Shown: positions 1 through 16,609 of the stretch, piece after piece
Layout: each line of letters begins with the position of its first letter
Position numbering within the stretch: position 1 is the stretch's first letter
From: the human T2T-CHM13v2.0 reference genome, Homo sapiens
Reading direction: 5' to 3' (one strand)
DNA: 64,000 nucleotides
Assembly: GCF_009914755.1 (NCBI RefSeq)
Contig: NC_060945.1
Position numbers and translations under genes: made by a program
The notes under the pieces: model-generated
Seen by the model: the letters and a program-made list of their open reading frames with translations, nothing else
Database searches by the model: none
What the model was told of the DNA's origin: nothing

Positions 1-539
1 TAATATATACAGTATATAAATTATCAAAGTACACAAACTGTATATTATATACTGTACATAATATATCAAAGTACCCAGAATATATAGCATACTGTACATA
101 AAATATCAAAGTACCCAAAATATATATTGTATACTGTACATAAAATATAAAGGTACATCAAAGATATATTATATTCTGTACATAAAATATCAAATTACAC
201 CAAATATATATTATATGCTGTACATAATATATTAAAGTTGCCCATATATACATTATATACTGTACATAAAATATGAACGTACATCAAACATATAGTATAT
301 GCTGCACATATAATATCAAAGTACCCAAAGTATGTATTATACACTGTACATAAAATATCAAAGTACCAAAAGTATATATTACATACTGTAAATAAAATAT
401 GAAGGTACCTCAAATATATATTATATTCTGTACATAAAACATCAAAGTACACCAAGTATATAGTATATACTCTGCATAAAATATTAAATTACCCACAATA
501 TGTATTGTATTGTGTACATAAAATATGAAAGTAACCAAA

Positions 540-3500
540 CATTTATAATAAACTGTACATAAAATATCAAAGTACTCAAACTGTATATTATATACTGTAC
601 ATAAAGTATCAAAGTACCCAAACTGTGTAGTATATACTGTACATAAAATATCAAGGTACCCAAAGTATATATTGTAAACTGTAGATAAAATATCAAAGTA
701 CCCAAAATATATATTCTATACTGTACATAAAATATGAAGGCACATCCAATATATATTATATTCTGTACATAAAATATCAAAGTACACCAAATGTATATTA
801 TATACTGTACATAAAATATCAAAGTACCCAACGTCTATATTATATACTGTACACAAAATATGAAGGTTCATCAAATATATTTTATATTCTGCACATAATA
901 TATCAAAGTACATCAAATATATATTATATACTGTACATAAAATATCAAAGTACCAAAAATATGTATTATATACTGTACATAAAATATGAAAGTATCCAAA
1001 CATATATAATAAACTGTACATAAAATATCAAAGTACTCGAACTACATATTATATACAGTATATAAAATGTCAAAGTACCCAAACTCTATATTATATACTG
1101 TACATGGTATATCAAAGTACCCGAATATATAGCATACTGCACATAAAATATCAAAGTACCCAAAGTGTGTATTATACACTGCACATAAAATATGAAGGTA
1201 CATAAAATATATATTGTATTCTGTACATAGAATATCAAAGTACTCCAAATATATATTATATGCTGTACATAATATATTAAAGTTGCCCAAATATATATTA
1301 TATACTGTACATAAAATATGAAGGTACATCAAATATATAGTATATGCTGCACATAAAATATCAAAGTACCCAAAGTATGTATTATATACTGTACATAAAA
1401 TATCAAAGTACCCAAAGTATATATTATATACTGTACATAAAATATAAAATACCCCAAATATATATTATATGCTATACATAAAATATCAAAGTACACAATA
1501 TATGTATTATGTACTGTGCATACCATATCAAAGGACCCAAAATATATATTATATACTGTACATAAAATATCAAAATACCCAAAATATATATTATATACCC
1601 TACATAAAATACCAAAGTACCCAAAGTATATATTATATACCGTACAAAAAATATCAAAGTAGCCAAAATATGTATTCTACACTGTACATAATATATGAAA
1701 GTACCCAAACATTTATAATAAACTGTACATAAAATATCAATGTACTCAAACTATATATTATGTTCGGTACATAAGATATCAAAGTACCCATACTATATAG
1801 TATGTACTGTACTTAAAATATCAAAATACCCAAAATATATATTATATACGTTACATAAACTATCAAATACACAAAGTATGTATTATATACTGTACATAAA
1901 ATAGCAAAGTTCCCAAAATATGTATTATATACTGTACATAACATATGAAAGTACCCAACCATTTATAGTAAACTCTACATAAAATAACAAAGTACCCAAA
2001 CTGTGTATTATATACTGTCCATAAATTATCAAAGTACCCAAAATATATATTGTAAACTGTACATAAAATATCAAAGTAGCCAAAATGTATATTGTATACT
2101 GTACATAAAATATAAACGTACCCCAAATATATATTATATACTGTACATAAAATATCAAAGTACCCATAAAACATATTATATACTGTACATAAAATATCAA
2201 AGGACCCAAAATAAACATTATATACTGTACATAAAATATCCAAATACTCAAAATATATATTACATACTGTACATAAAATATCAAAGTACCCAAATTATGT
2301 ATTATATACTGTAAGTAAAATATCAGAGTACCCAAAATATGCATTATATACTGTACATAAAATATGAAAGTAACAAAACCTTTATAATAAACTGTACATA
2401 AAATATCAAAGTACTCAAACTATATATCATATACTGTACATAAAATATCAAAGTACCCATACTGTGTATTATTATATACTGTCCATAAAATATCAAAGTA
2501 CCTAAAATATATATTGCATACTGTACATAAAATATCAAAGTACCCAAAATATATACTCTATACTGTACATAAAATATGAAGGAACATCAAATATATATTA
2601 TATCCTGTACATAAAATATCAAAGTACACCTATTATATATTGTGTACTGTACATAATATATTAAATCACCCAAATATATATTGTATACTGTATATAAAAT
2701 ATGAAGGTACTTCAAATATATATTATATGCTGCACATAAAATATCAAAGTACCCAAAGTATGCATTACATACTGTACATAAAATATCAAAGTACACAAAT
2801 TATATATTATATAATGTACATAAAATATGAAGGTTCATAAAATATATTTTATATTCTGTACATAATATATCAAAGTACATCAAATATATATTATATACGG
2901 TACATAAAATATCAAAGTACCCAAAATATGTATTATTTACTGTACATAAAATATGAAAGTAACCAAACATTTATAATAAACTGTACATAAAATATCAAAG
3001 TACTCAATCTACATATTATATACAGTATATAAAATATCAAAGTACACAAACTGTATATTATATACTGTATATAATATATCAAAGTACCCAGAATATATAG
3101 CATACTGTACATAAAATATCAAAGTACCCAAAATATATATTGTATACTGTACATAAAATATAAAGGTACATCAAAGATATATTATATTCTGTACATAAAA
3201 TATCAAATTACACCAAATATATATTATATGCTGTACATAATATATTAAAGTTGCCCATATATACATTATATACTGTACATAAAATATGAAGGTACATCAA
3301 ATATATAGTATATGCTGCACATATAATATCAAAGTACCCAAAGTATGTATTATACACTGTACATAAAATATCAAAGTACCAAAAGTATATATTACATACT
3401 GTAAATAAAATATGAAGGTACCTCAAATATATATTATATTCTGTACATAAAATATCAAAGTACACCAAGTATATAGTATATACTCTGCATAAAATATTAA

Positions 3501-3552
3501 ATTACCCACAATATGTATTGTATTGTGTACATAAAATATGAAAGTAACTAAA
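540..3552 (+). repeat. 72-monomer HOR unit (3,013 bp), phased from one E-block landmark to the next
   Basis: Equivalent landmark monomers at 540 and 3553; near-identical ORF translations at 195..455 and 3208..3468 (offset 3,013). Confidence 0.85.
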
Positions 3553-6500
3553 CATTTATAATAAACTGTACATAAAATATCAAAGTACTCAAACTGTATA
3601 TTATATACTGTACATAAAGTATCAAAGTACCCAAACTGTGTAGTATATACTGTACATAAAATATCAAGGTACCCAAAATATATATTGTAAACTGTAGATA
3701 AAATATCAAAGTACCCAAAATATATATTATATACTGTACATAAAATATGAAGGCACATCCAATATATATTATATTCTGTACATAAAATATCAAAGTACAC
3801 CAAATGTATATTATATACTGTACATAAAATATCAAAGTACCCAACGTGTATATTATATACTGTACACAAAATATGAAGGTTCATCAAATATATTTTATAT
3901 TCTGCACATAATATATCAAAGTACATCAAATATATATTTATACTGTACATAAAATATCAAAGTACCAAAAATATGTATTATATACTGTACATAAAATATG
4001 AAAGTAACCAAACATATATAATAAACTGTACATAAAATATCAAAGTACTCGAACTACATATTATATACAGTATATAAAATGTCAAAGTACCCAAACTCTA
4101 TATTATATACTGTACATAATATATCAAAGTACCCGAATATATAGCATACTGTACATAAAATATCAAAGTACCCAAAATATATATTGTATACTGTACATAA
4201 AATATGAAGGTACATCAAAGATATATTATATACTGTACATGAAATATCAAAGTACCGATAATACATATTATATACTGTACATAAAATATCAAAGGACCCA
4301 AAATAAACATTATATACTGTACATAAAATATTCAAATACTCAAAATATATATTACATACTGTACATAAAATATCAAAGTACCCAAATTATGTATTATATA
4401 CTGTACGTAAAATATCAGCGTACCCAAAATATGCATTATATGCTGCACATAAAATATGAAAGTAACAAAACATTTATAATAAACTGTACATAAAATATCA
4501 AAGTACTCAAACTATATATCATATACTGTACATAAAATGTCAAAGTACCCAAACTGTGTATTATTATATACTGTATATAAAATATTAAAATACCTGAAAT
4601 ATATATTGCATACTGTACATAAAATATCAAAGTACCCAAAATATATACTATATACTGTACATAAAATATGAAGGTACATCAAATATATATTACATCCTGT
4701 ACATAAAATAACAACGTACACCTATTATATATTGCGTACTGTACATAATATATTAAATCGCCCAAATATATATTGTATACTGTATATAAAATATGAAGGT
4801 ACTTCAAATATATATTATATGCTGCACATAAAATATCAAAGTACCCAAAGTATGCATTACATACTGTACATAAAATATCAAAGTACACAAATTATATATT
4901 ATATACTGTACATAAAATATGTAGGTTCATCAAATATATTTTATATTCTGTACATAATATATCAAAGTACATCAAATATATATTATATACGGTACATAAA
5001 ATATCAAAGTACCCAAAATATGTATTATTTACTGTTCATAAAATATGAAAGTAACCAAACATTTATAATAAACTGTACACAAAATATCAAAGTACTCAAT
5101 CTACATATTATATACAGTATATAAAATATCAAAGTACACAAACTGTATATTATATACTGTACATAATATATCAAAGTACCCAGAATATATAGCATACTGT
5201 ACATAAAATATCAAATTACCCAAAATATATATTGTATACTGTACATAAAATATGAAGGTACATCAAAGATATATTATATTCTGTACATAAAATATCAAAG
5301 TACACCAAATATATATTATATGCTGTACATAATATATTAAAGTTGCCCATGTATACATTTTATACTGTACATAAAATATGAAGGTACATCAAATATATAG
5401 TATATGCTGCACATAAAATATCAAAGTACCCAAAGTATGTAATATATACTGTACATAATATATCAAAGTACCAAAAGTATATATTACATACTGTAAATAA
5501 AATATGAAGGTACCTCAAATATACATTATATTCTGTACATAAAATATCAAAGTACACCAAATATATACTATATACTGTACATAAAATATTAAATTACCCA
5601 CAATATGTATTTTATTCTGTACATAAAATATGAAAGTAACCAATCATTTATAATAAACTGTACATAAAATATCAAAGTACTCAAACTGTATATTATATAC
5701 TGTACATAAAGTATCAAAGTACCCAAACTGTGTAGTATATACTGTACATAAAATATCAAGGTACCCAAAATATATATTGTAAACTGTAGAAAAAATATCA
5801 AAGTACCCAAAATATATATTATATACTGTACATAAAATATGAAGGCACATCCAGTATATATTATATTCTGTACATAAAATATCAAAGTACACCAAATGTA
5901 TATTATATACTGTACATAAAATATAAAATACCCCAAATATATATTATATACTGTACATAAAATATCAAAATACCCATAGTATGTATTATATCCTGTACAT
6001 AAAATATGAAGGTACATCTAATATATATTATATTCTGCACATAAAATATCATATTACACCAAATATATATTATATACTGTACATAAAAGATGAAAGTACA
6101 TCAAATATATATTATATGCTGCACATAAAATATAAAAGTCCCCAAAGTTTGTATTATATTCTGTACATAAAATATCAAAGTATCCAAAGTGTATATTATA
6201 TACTGTACATAAAATATGAAGGTACATCCGATACATATTATATTCTGTACATAAAATATCAAACTACACCAAGTATATATTATATACTGTATATAAAATA
6301 TTAAATTACCCAAAATATGTATTGTATACTGTACATAAAATATGAAAGTATCCAAACATTTATAATAAACTGTACATAAAATATCAAAGTACTCAAACTG
6401 TGTATTATATACTGTACATAAAGCATCAAAGTACCCAAACTGTGTAGCATATACTGTACATAAAATATCAAGGTACCCAAAATATATAGTGTAAACTGTA

Positions 6501-9500
6501 GATAAAATATCAAAGTACCCAAAGTATACATTATATACTCTACATAAAATATCAAAATACGCAAAATATATATTGTATACTGTACATAAAATATCAAAGT
6601 ATCCAAACTATATATTATGTACTGTACATAAAATATCAAAGTACCCAAAGTGTGTATTATACACTGCATATAAAATATGAAGGTACATAAAATATATATT
6701 GTATTCTGTACATAAAATATCAAATTACACCAAATATATATTATATGCTGTACATAATATATTAAAGTTGCCGAAATATATATTATATACTGTACATAAA
6801 ATATGAAGGTAAATCAAATATATAGTATATGCTGCACATAAAATATCAAAGTACCCAAAGTATGTATTATATACTGTACATAAAATATCAAAGTACCCAA
6901 AGTATATATTATATACTGTACATAAAATATAAAATACCCCAAATATATATTATGTGCTGTACATAAAATATCAAAGTACACAAAATATGTATTATGTACT
7001 GTACATACAATATCAAAGGACCCAAAATATATATTATATACTGTACATAAAATATCAAAATATCCAAAATATATATTATATACTGTACATAAAATACCAA
7101 AGTACCCAAAGTATATATTATATACCGTACAAAAAATATCAAAGTAGCCAAAATATGTATTATACACTGTACATAATATATGAAAGTACCCAAACATTTA
7201 TAATAAACTGTACAAAAAATATCAATGTACTCAAACTATATATTATGTGCGGTACATAAGATATCAATGTACCCATACTATATAGTATATACTGTACTTA
7301 AAATATCAAAATATCCAAAATATATATTATATACGTTACATAAACTATCAAATACACAAAGTATGTATTATATACTGTACATAAAATAGCAAAGTTCCCA
7401 AAATATGTATTATATACTGTACATAAAATATGAAAGTACCCAACCATTTATAATAAACTCTACATAAAATACCAAAGTACCCAAACTGTGTATTATATAC
7501 TGTCCATAAAATATCAAAGTACCCAAAATATATATTGTAAACTGTACATAAAATATCAAAGTAGCCAAAATATATATTGTATACTGTACATAAAATATAA
7601 AATACCCCAAATATATATTATATACTGTACATAAAATATCAAAGTACCCATAATACATATTATATACTGTACATAAAATATCAAAGGACCCAAAATAAAC
7701 ATTATATACTGTACATAAAATATCCAAATACTCAAAATATATATTACATACTGTACATAAAATATCAAAGTACCCAAATTATGTATTATATACTGTACGT
7801 AAAATATCAGAGTACCCAAAATATGCATTATATACTGTACATAAAATATGAAAGTAACAAAACATTTATAATAAACTGTACATAAAATATCAAAGTACTA
7901 AAACTATATATAATATACTGTACATAAAATATCAAAGTACCCAAACTGTGTATTATTATATACTGTCCATAAAATATCAAGGTACCTAAAATATATATTG
8001 CATACTGTACATAAAATATCAAAGTACCCAAAATATATACTATATACTGTACATAAAATATGAAGGTACATCAAATATATATTATATCCTGTACATAAAA
8101 TATCAAAGTACACCTATTATATATTGTGTACTGTACATAATATATTAAATCACCCAAATATATATTGTATACTGTATATAAAATATGAAGGTACTTCAAA
8201 TATATATTATATGCTGCACATAAAATATCAAAGTACCCAAAGTATATATTGTATACTGTACATAAAATATAAAGGTACATCAAAGATATATTATTTTCTG
8301 TACATAAAATATCAAATTACACCAAATATATATTATATGCTGTACATAATATATTAAAGTTGCCCATATATACATTATATACTGTACATAATATATGAAC
8401 GTACATCAAACATATAGTATATGCTGCACATAAAATATCAAAGTACCCAAAGTATGTATTATACACTGTACATAAAATATCAAAGTACCAAAAGTATATA
8501 TTACATACTGTAAATAAAATATGAAGGTACCTCAAATATATATTATATTCTGTACATAAAACATCAAATTACACCAAGTATATACTATATACTCTGCAGA
8601 AAATATTAAATTACCCACAATATGTATTGTATTGTGTACATAAAATATGAAAGTAACCAAACATTTCTAATAAACTGTACATAAAATATCAAAGTACTCA
8701 AACTGTATATTATATACTGTACATAAAGTATCAAAGTACCCAAACTGTGTAGTATATACTGTACATAAAATATCAAGGTACCCAAAATATATATTGTAAA
8801 CTGTAGATAAAATATCAAAGTACCCAAAATATATATTATATACTGTACATAAAATATGAAGGCACATCCAATATATATTATATTCTGTACATAAAATATC
8901 AAAGTACACCAAATGTATATTATATACTGTACATAAAATATCAAAGTACCCAAAGTGTTTATTATATACTGTACATAAGATATGAAGGTACATCAAAGAT
9001 ATATTATATTCTGTACATAAAATATCAAAGTACACCAAGTATATATTATATGCTGTACATAATATATTAAAGTCGACCAAATATATATTATATACTGTAC
9101 AAAAAATATGAAGGTACATCAAATATATAGTATATGCTGCACATAAAATATCAAAGTACCCAAAGTATGTATTATATACTGTACATAAAATATCAAAGTA
9201 CCCAAAATATATATTATATACTGTACATACAATATAAAATACCCCAAATATATATTATATGCTGTACATAAAATATCAAAGTACACAAAATATGTATTAT
9301 GTACTGTACATACAATATCAAAGGACCCAAAATATATATTATATACTGTTCATAAAATATCAAAATACCCAAAATATATATTATATACCGTACATAAAAT
9401 ACCAAAGTACCCAAAGTATATATTATATACCGTACAAAAAATATCAAAGTAGCCAAAATATGTATTATACACTGTACATAATACATGAAAGTACCCAAAC

Positions 9501-12500
9501 ATTTATAATAAACTGTACATAAAATATCAATGTACTCAAACTATATATTATGTGCGGTACATAAGATATCAAAGTACCCATACTATATAGTATATACTGT
9601 ACTTAAAATATCAAAATACCCCAAATATATATTATATACGTTACATAAACTATCAAATACACAAAGTATGTATTATATACTGTACATAAAATAGCAAAGT
9701 TCCCAAAATATGTATCATATACTGTACATAAAATATGAAAGTACCCAACCATTTATAATAAACTCTACATAAAATACCAAAGTAACCAAACTGTGTATTA
9801 TATACTGTCAATAAAATATCAAAGTACACAAAATATATATTGTCAACTGTACATAAAATATCAAAGTAGCCAAAATATATATAGTATACTGTACATAAAA
9901 TATAAAAGTACCCCAAATATATATTATATACTGTACATAAAATATCAACGTACCGATAATACATATTTTATACTGTACATAAAATATCAAAGGACCCAAA
10001 ATAAACATTATATACTGTACATAAAATATTCAAATACTCAAAATATATATTACATACTGTACATAAAATATCAAAGTACCCAAATTATGTATTATATACT
10101 GTACGTAAAATATCAGAGTACCCAAAATATGCATTATATACTGCACATAAAATATGAAAGTAACAAAACATTTATAATAAACTGTACATAAAATATCAAA
10201 GTACTCAAACTATATATCATATACTGTACATAAAATGCCAAAGTACCCAAACTGTGTATTATTATATACTGTATATAAAATATCAAAATACCTGAAATAT
10301 ATATTGCATACTGTACATAAAATATCAAAGTACCCAAAATATATACTATATACTGTACATAAAATATGAAGGTACATCAAATATATATTACATCCTGTAC
10401 ATAAAATAACAAAGTACACCTATTATATATTGTGTACTGTACATAATATATTAAATCGCCCAAATATATATTGTATACTGTATATAAAATATGAAGGTAC
10501 TTCAAATATATATTATATGCTGCACATAAAATATCAAACTACCCAAAGTATGCATTACATACTGTACATAAAATATCAAAGTACACAAATTATATATTAT
10601 ATACTGTACATAAAATATGTAGGTTCATCAAATATATTTTATATTCTGTACATAATGTATCAAAGTACATCAAATATATATTATATACGGTACATAAAAT
10701 ATCAAAGTACCCAAAATATGTATTATTTACTGTGCATAAAATATGAAAGTAACCAAACATTTATAATAAACTGTACATGAAATATCAAAGTACTCAATCT
10801 ACGTATTATATACAGTATATAAAATATAAAAGTACACAAACTATATATTATATACTGTACATAATATATCAAAGTACCCAGAATATATAGCATACTGTAC
10901 ATAAAATATCAAATTAGCCAAAATATATATTGTATACTGTACATAAAATATGAAGGTACATCAAAGATATATTATATTCTGTACATAAAATATCAAAGTA
11001 CACCAAATATATATTATATGCTGTACATAATATATTAAAGTTGCCCATGTATACATTTTATACTGTACATAAAATATGAAGGTACATCAAATATATAGTA
11101 TATGCTGCACATAAAATATCAAAGTACCCAAAGTATGTAATATATACTGTACATAATATATCAAAGTACCAAAAGTATATACTACATACTGTAAATAAAA
11201 TATGAAGGTACCTCAAATATACATTATATTCTGTACATAAAATATCAAAGTACACCAAATATATACTATATACTGTACATAAAATATTAAATTACCCACA
11301 ATATGTATTTTATTCTGGACATAAAATATGAAAGTATCCAATCATTTATAATAAACTGTACATAAAATATCAAAGTTCTCAAACTGTATATTATATACTG
11401 TACATAAAGTATCAAAGTACCCAAACTGTGCTGTATATACTGTACATAAAATATCAAGGTACCCAAAATATATATTGTAAACTGTAGATAAAATATCAAA
11501 GTACCCAAAATATATATTATATACTGTACATAAAATATGAAGGCACATCCAGTATATATTATATTCTGTACATAAAATATCAAAGTACACCAAATGTATA
11601 TTATATACTGTACATAAAATATAAAAGTACCCCAAGTATATATTATATACTCTACATAAAATATGAAAGTACCCAAGATATATATTATATACTGTACATA
11701 AAATATCAAAATACCCATAGTATGTATTATATGCTGTACATAAAATATGAAGGTACATCAAATATATATTATATTCTGCACATAAAATATCATATTACAC
11801 CAAATATATATTATATACTGTACATAAAAGATGAAAGTACATCAAATATATATTATATGCTGCACATAAAATATAAAAGTCCCCAAAGTTTGTATTATAT
11901 ACTGTACATAAAATATCAAAGTATCCAAACTGTATATTATATACTGTACATAAAATATGAAGGTACATCCGATACATATTATATTCTGTACATAAAATAT
12001 CAAAGTACACCAAGTATATATTATATACTGTACATAAAATATTAAATTACCCAAAATATGTATTGTATACTGTACATAAAATATGAAAGTAACCAAACAT
12101 TTATAATAAACTGTACATAAAATATCAAAGTACTCAAACTGTGTATTATATACTGTACATAAAGCATCAAAGTACCCAAACTGTGTAGCATATACTGTAC
12201 ATAAAATATCAAGGTACCCAAAATATATAGTGTAAACTGTAGATAAAATATCAAAGTACACAAAGTATACATTATATACTCTACATAAAATATCAAAATA
12301 CGCAAAATATATATTGTATACTGTACATAAAATATCAAAGTATCCAAACTATATATTATGTACTGTACATAAAATATCAAAGTACCCAAAGTGTGTATTA
12401 TACACTGCATATAAAATATGAAGGTACATAAAATATATATTGTATTCTGTACATAAAATATCAAATTACACCAAATATATATTATATAGTGTACATAATA

Positions 12501-13432
12501 TATTAAAGTCTACCAAATATATATTATATACTGTACATAAAATAAGAAGGTACATCAAATATATATTATATGCTGCACATAAAATATCAAAGTACCCAAA
12601 GTATGTATTATATACTGTACATAAAATATCAAAGTACCCAAAGTATATATTATATACTGTACATAAAATATAAAATACCCCAAATATATATTATATGCTG
12701 TACATAAAATATGAAAGTACACAAAATATGTATTATGTACTGTACATACAATATCAAAGGACACAAAATATATATTATATACTGTACATAAAATATCAAA
12801 ATACCCAAAATATATATTATATACTGTACATAAAATACCAAAGTACCCAAAGTATATATTATATACCGTACAAAAAATATCAAAGTAGCCAAAATATGTA
12901 TTATACACTGTACATAATATATGAAAGTACCCAAACATTTATAATAAACTGTACATAAAATATCAAAGTACTCAAACTGTATATTATATACTGTACATAA
13001 AGTATCAAAGTACCCAAACTGTGTAGTATATACTGTACATAAAATATCAAGGTACCCAAAATATATATTGTAAACTGTAGATAAAATATCAAAGTACCCA
13101 AAATATATATTATATACTGTACATAAAATATGAAGGCACATCCAGTATATATTATATTCTGTACATAAAATATCAAAGTACACCAAATGTATATTATATA
13201 CTGTACATAAAATATAAAAGTACCCCAAGTATATATTATATACTCTACATAAAATATGAAAGTATCCAAAATATATATTATAGACTGTACATAAAATATC
13301 AAAGTACCCAAAGTGTATATTATATACTGTACATAAAATATGAAGGTTCATCAAATATATTTTATATTCTGCACATAATATATAAAAGTACAGCAAATAT
13401 ATATTATATACTGTACATAAAATACCAAAGTA

Positions 13433-15025
13433 CCAAAAATATGTATTATATACTGTACATAAAATATGAAAGTAACCAAACATTTATAATAAACTGTACA
13501 TAAAGTATTAAAGTACTCAAAGTACATATTATATACAGTATATAAAATATCAAAGTACCCAAACTGTATATTATATACTGTACATAATAAATCAAAGTAC
13601 CCGAATATATAGCATACTGTACATAAAATATCAAAGTACCCAAAATATATATTGTATACTGTACATAAAATATGAAGGTACATCAAAGATATATTATATT
13701 CTGTACATAAAATATCAAAGTACACCAAATATATATTATATGCTGTACATAATATATTAAAGTCGACCAAATATATAATATACTGTACATAAAATATGAA
13801 GGTACATCAAATATATATTATATGCTGCACATAAAATATCAAAGTACCCAAAGTATGTATTATATACTGTACATAAAATATCAAAGTACGCAAAGTATAT
13901 ACTGTACATAAAATATAAAATACCCCAAATATATATTATATGCTGTACATAAAATATCAAAGTTCCAAAAATATGTATTATATACTGTACATAAAATATG
14001 AAAGTAACCAAACATTTATAATAAACTGTACATAAAGTATTAAAGTACTCAAAGTACATATTATATACAGTATATAAAATATCAAAGTACCCAAACTGTA
14101 TATTATATACTGTACATAATAAATCAAAGTACCCGAATATATAGCATACTGTACATAAAATATCAAAGTACCCAAAATATATATTGTATACTGTACATAA
14201 AATATGAAGGTACATCAAAGATATATTATATTCTGTACATAAAATATCAAAGTACACCAAATATATATTATATGCTGTACATAATATATTAAAGTCGACC
14301 AAATATATAATATACTGTACATAAAATATGAAGGTACATCAAATATATATTATATGCTGCACATAAAATATCAAAGTACCCAAAGTATGTATTATATACT
14401 GTACATAAAATATCAAAGTACGCAAAGTATATACTGTACATAAAATATAAAATACCCCAAATATATATTATATGCTGTACATAAAATATCAAAGTTCCAA
14501 AAATATGTATTATATACTGTACATAAAATATGAAAGTAACCAAACATTTATAATAAACTGTACATAAAGTATTAAAGTACTCAAAGTACATATTATATAC
14601 AGTATATAAAATATCAAAGTACCCAAACTGTATATTATATACTGTACATAATAAATCAAAGTACCCGAATATATAGCATACTGTACATAAAATATCAAAG
14701 TACCCAAAATATATATTGTATACTGTACATAAAATATGAAGGTACATCAAAGATATATTATATTCTGTACATAAAATATCAAAGTACACCAAATATATAT
14801 TATATGCTGTACATAATATATTAAAGTCGACCAAATATATAATATACTGTACATAAAATATGAAGGTACATCAAATATATATTATATGCTGCACATAAAA
14901 TATCAAAGTACCGAAAGTATGTATTATATACTGTACATAAAATATCAAAGTACCCAAAGTATATACTGTACATAAAATATAAAATACCCCAAATATATAT
15001 TATATGCTGTACATAAAATATCAAA
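13433..15025 (+). repeat. Local tandem triplication of a 532-bp (13-monomer) unit
   Basis: Identical ORF translations at 13446/13978/14510 and at 13757/14289 (offset 532). All three copies share a private 35-bp truncated monomer (AAAGTATATACTGTAC). Confidence 0.93.
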
Positions 15026-16441
15026 CTACACAAAATATTTATTATATACTGTACATAAAATACCAAAGGACCCAAAATATATATTATATACTGTACATAA
15101 AATATCAAAATACCCAAAATATATATTATATACCGTACATAATATACCAAAGTACCCAAAGTATATATTATATACTGTACAAAAAATATCAAATTAGCCA
15201 AAATATGTATTATACACTGTACATAATATATGAAAGTACCCAAACATTTATAATAAACTGTACATAAAATATCAATGTACTCGAACTATATATTATGTGC
15301 GGTACATAAGATATCAAAGTACCCATACTCTATAGTATATACTGTACTTAAAATATCAAAATACCCAAAATATATATTATATACATTACATAAACTATCA
15401 AATACACAAAGTATGTATTATATACTGTACATAAAATAGCAAAGTTCCCAAACTATGTATTATATACTGTACATAAAATATGAAAGTACCCAACCATTTA
15501 TAATAAACGCTATATAAAATACCAAAGTACCCAAACTGTGTATTATATACTGTCCATAAATTATCAAAGTACCCAAAATATATATTGTAAACTGTACATA
15601 AAATACCAACGTAGCCAAAATGTATATTGTATACTGTACATAAAATATAAACGTACCCCAAATATATATTATATACTGTACATAAAATATCAAAGTACCC
15701 ATAATACATATTATATACTGTACATAAAATATCAAAGGACCCAAAATAAACATTATATACTGTACATAAAATATCCAAATACTCAAAATATATATTACAT
15801 ACTGTACATAAAATATCAAAGTACCCAAAGTATGTATTATATACTGTACATAAAATATCAAAGTACCCAAAGTATATATTATATACTGTACATAAAATAT
15901 AAAATACCCCAAATATATATTATATGCTGTACATAAAATATCAAAGTACACAAAATATGTATTATGTACTGTACATACAATATCAAAGGACCCAAAATAT
16001 ATATTATATACTGTACATAAAATATCAAAATATCCAAAATATATATTATATACTGTACATAAAATACCAAAGTACCCAAAGTATATATTATATACCGTAC
16101 AAAAAATATCAAAGTAGCCAAAATATGTATTATACACTGTACATAATATATGAAAGTACCCAAACATTTATAATAAACTGTATATAAAATATCAATGTAC
16201 TCAAACTATATATTATGTGTGGTACATAAGATATCAAAGTACCCATACTATATAGTATATACTGTACTTAAAATATCAAAATACCCAAAATATATATTAT
16301 ATACGTTACATAAACTATCAAATACACAAAGTATGTATTATATACTGTACATAAAATAGCAAAGTTCCCAAACTATGTATTATATACTGTACATAAAATA
16401 TGAAAGTACCCAACCATTTATAATAAACTCTACATAAAATA

Positions 16442-16609
16442 CCAAAGTACCCAAACTGTGTATTATATACTGTCCATAAAATATCAAAGTACCCAAAATA
16501 TATATTGTAAACTGTACATAAAATACCAAATTACCCAAACTGTGTATTATATACTGTCCATAAAATATCAAAGTACACAAAATATATATTGTAAACTGTA
16601 CATAAAATA
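16442..16609 (+). repeat. Two-monomer (84-bp) tandem duplication inside HOR block B
   Basis: CCAAA(G/T)TACCCAAACTGTGTATTATATACTGTCC...ATTGTAAACTGTAC occurs twice in a row; the block spans 16415-16918 (503 bp) versus the usual 419 bp. Confidence 0.85.
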
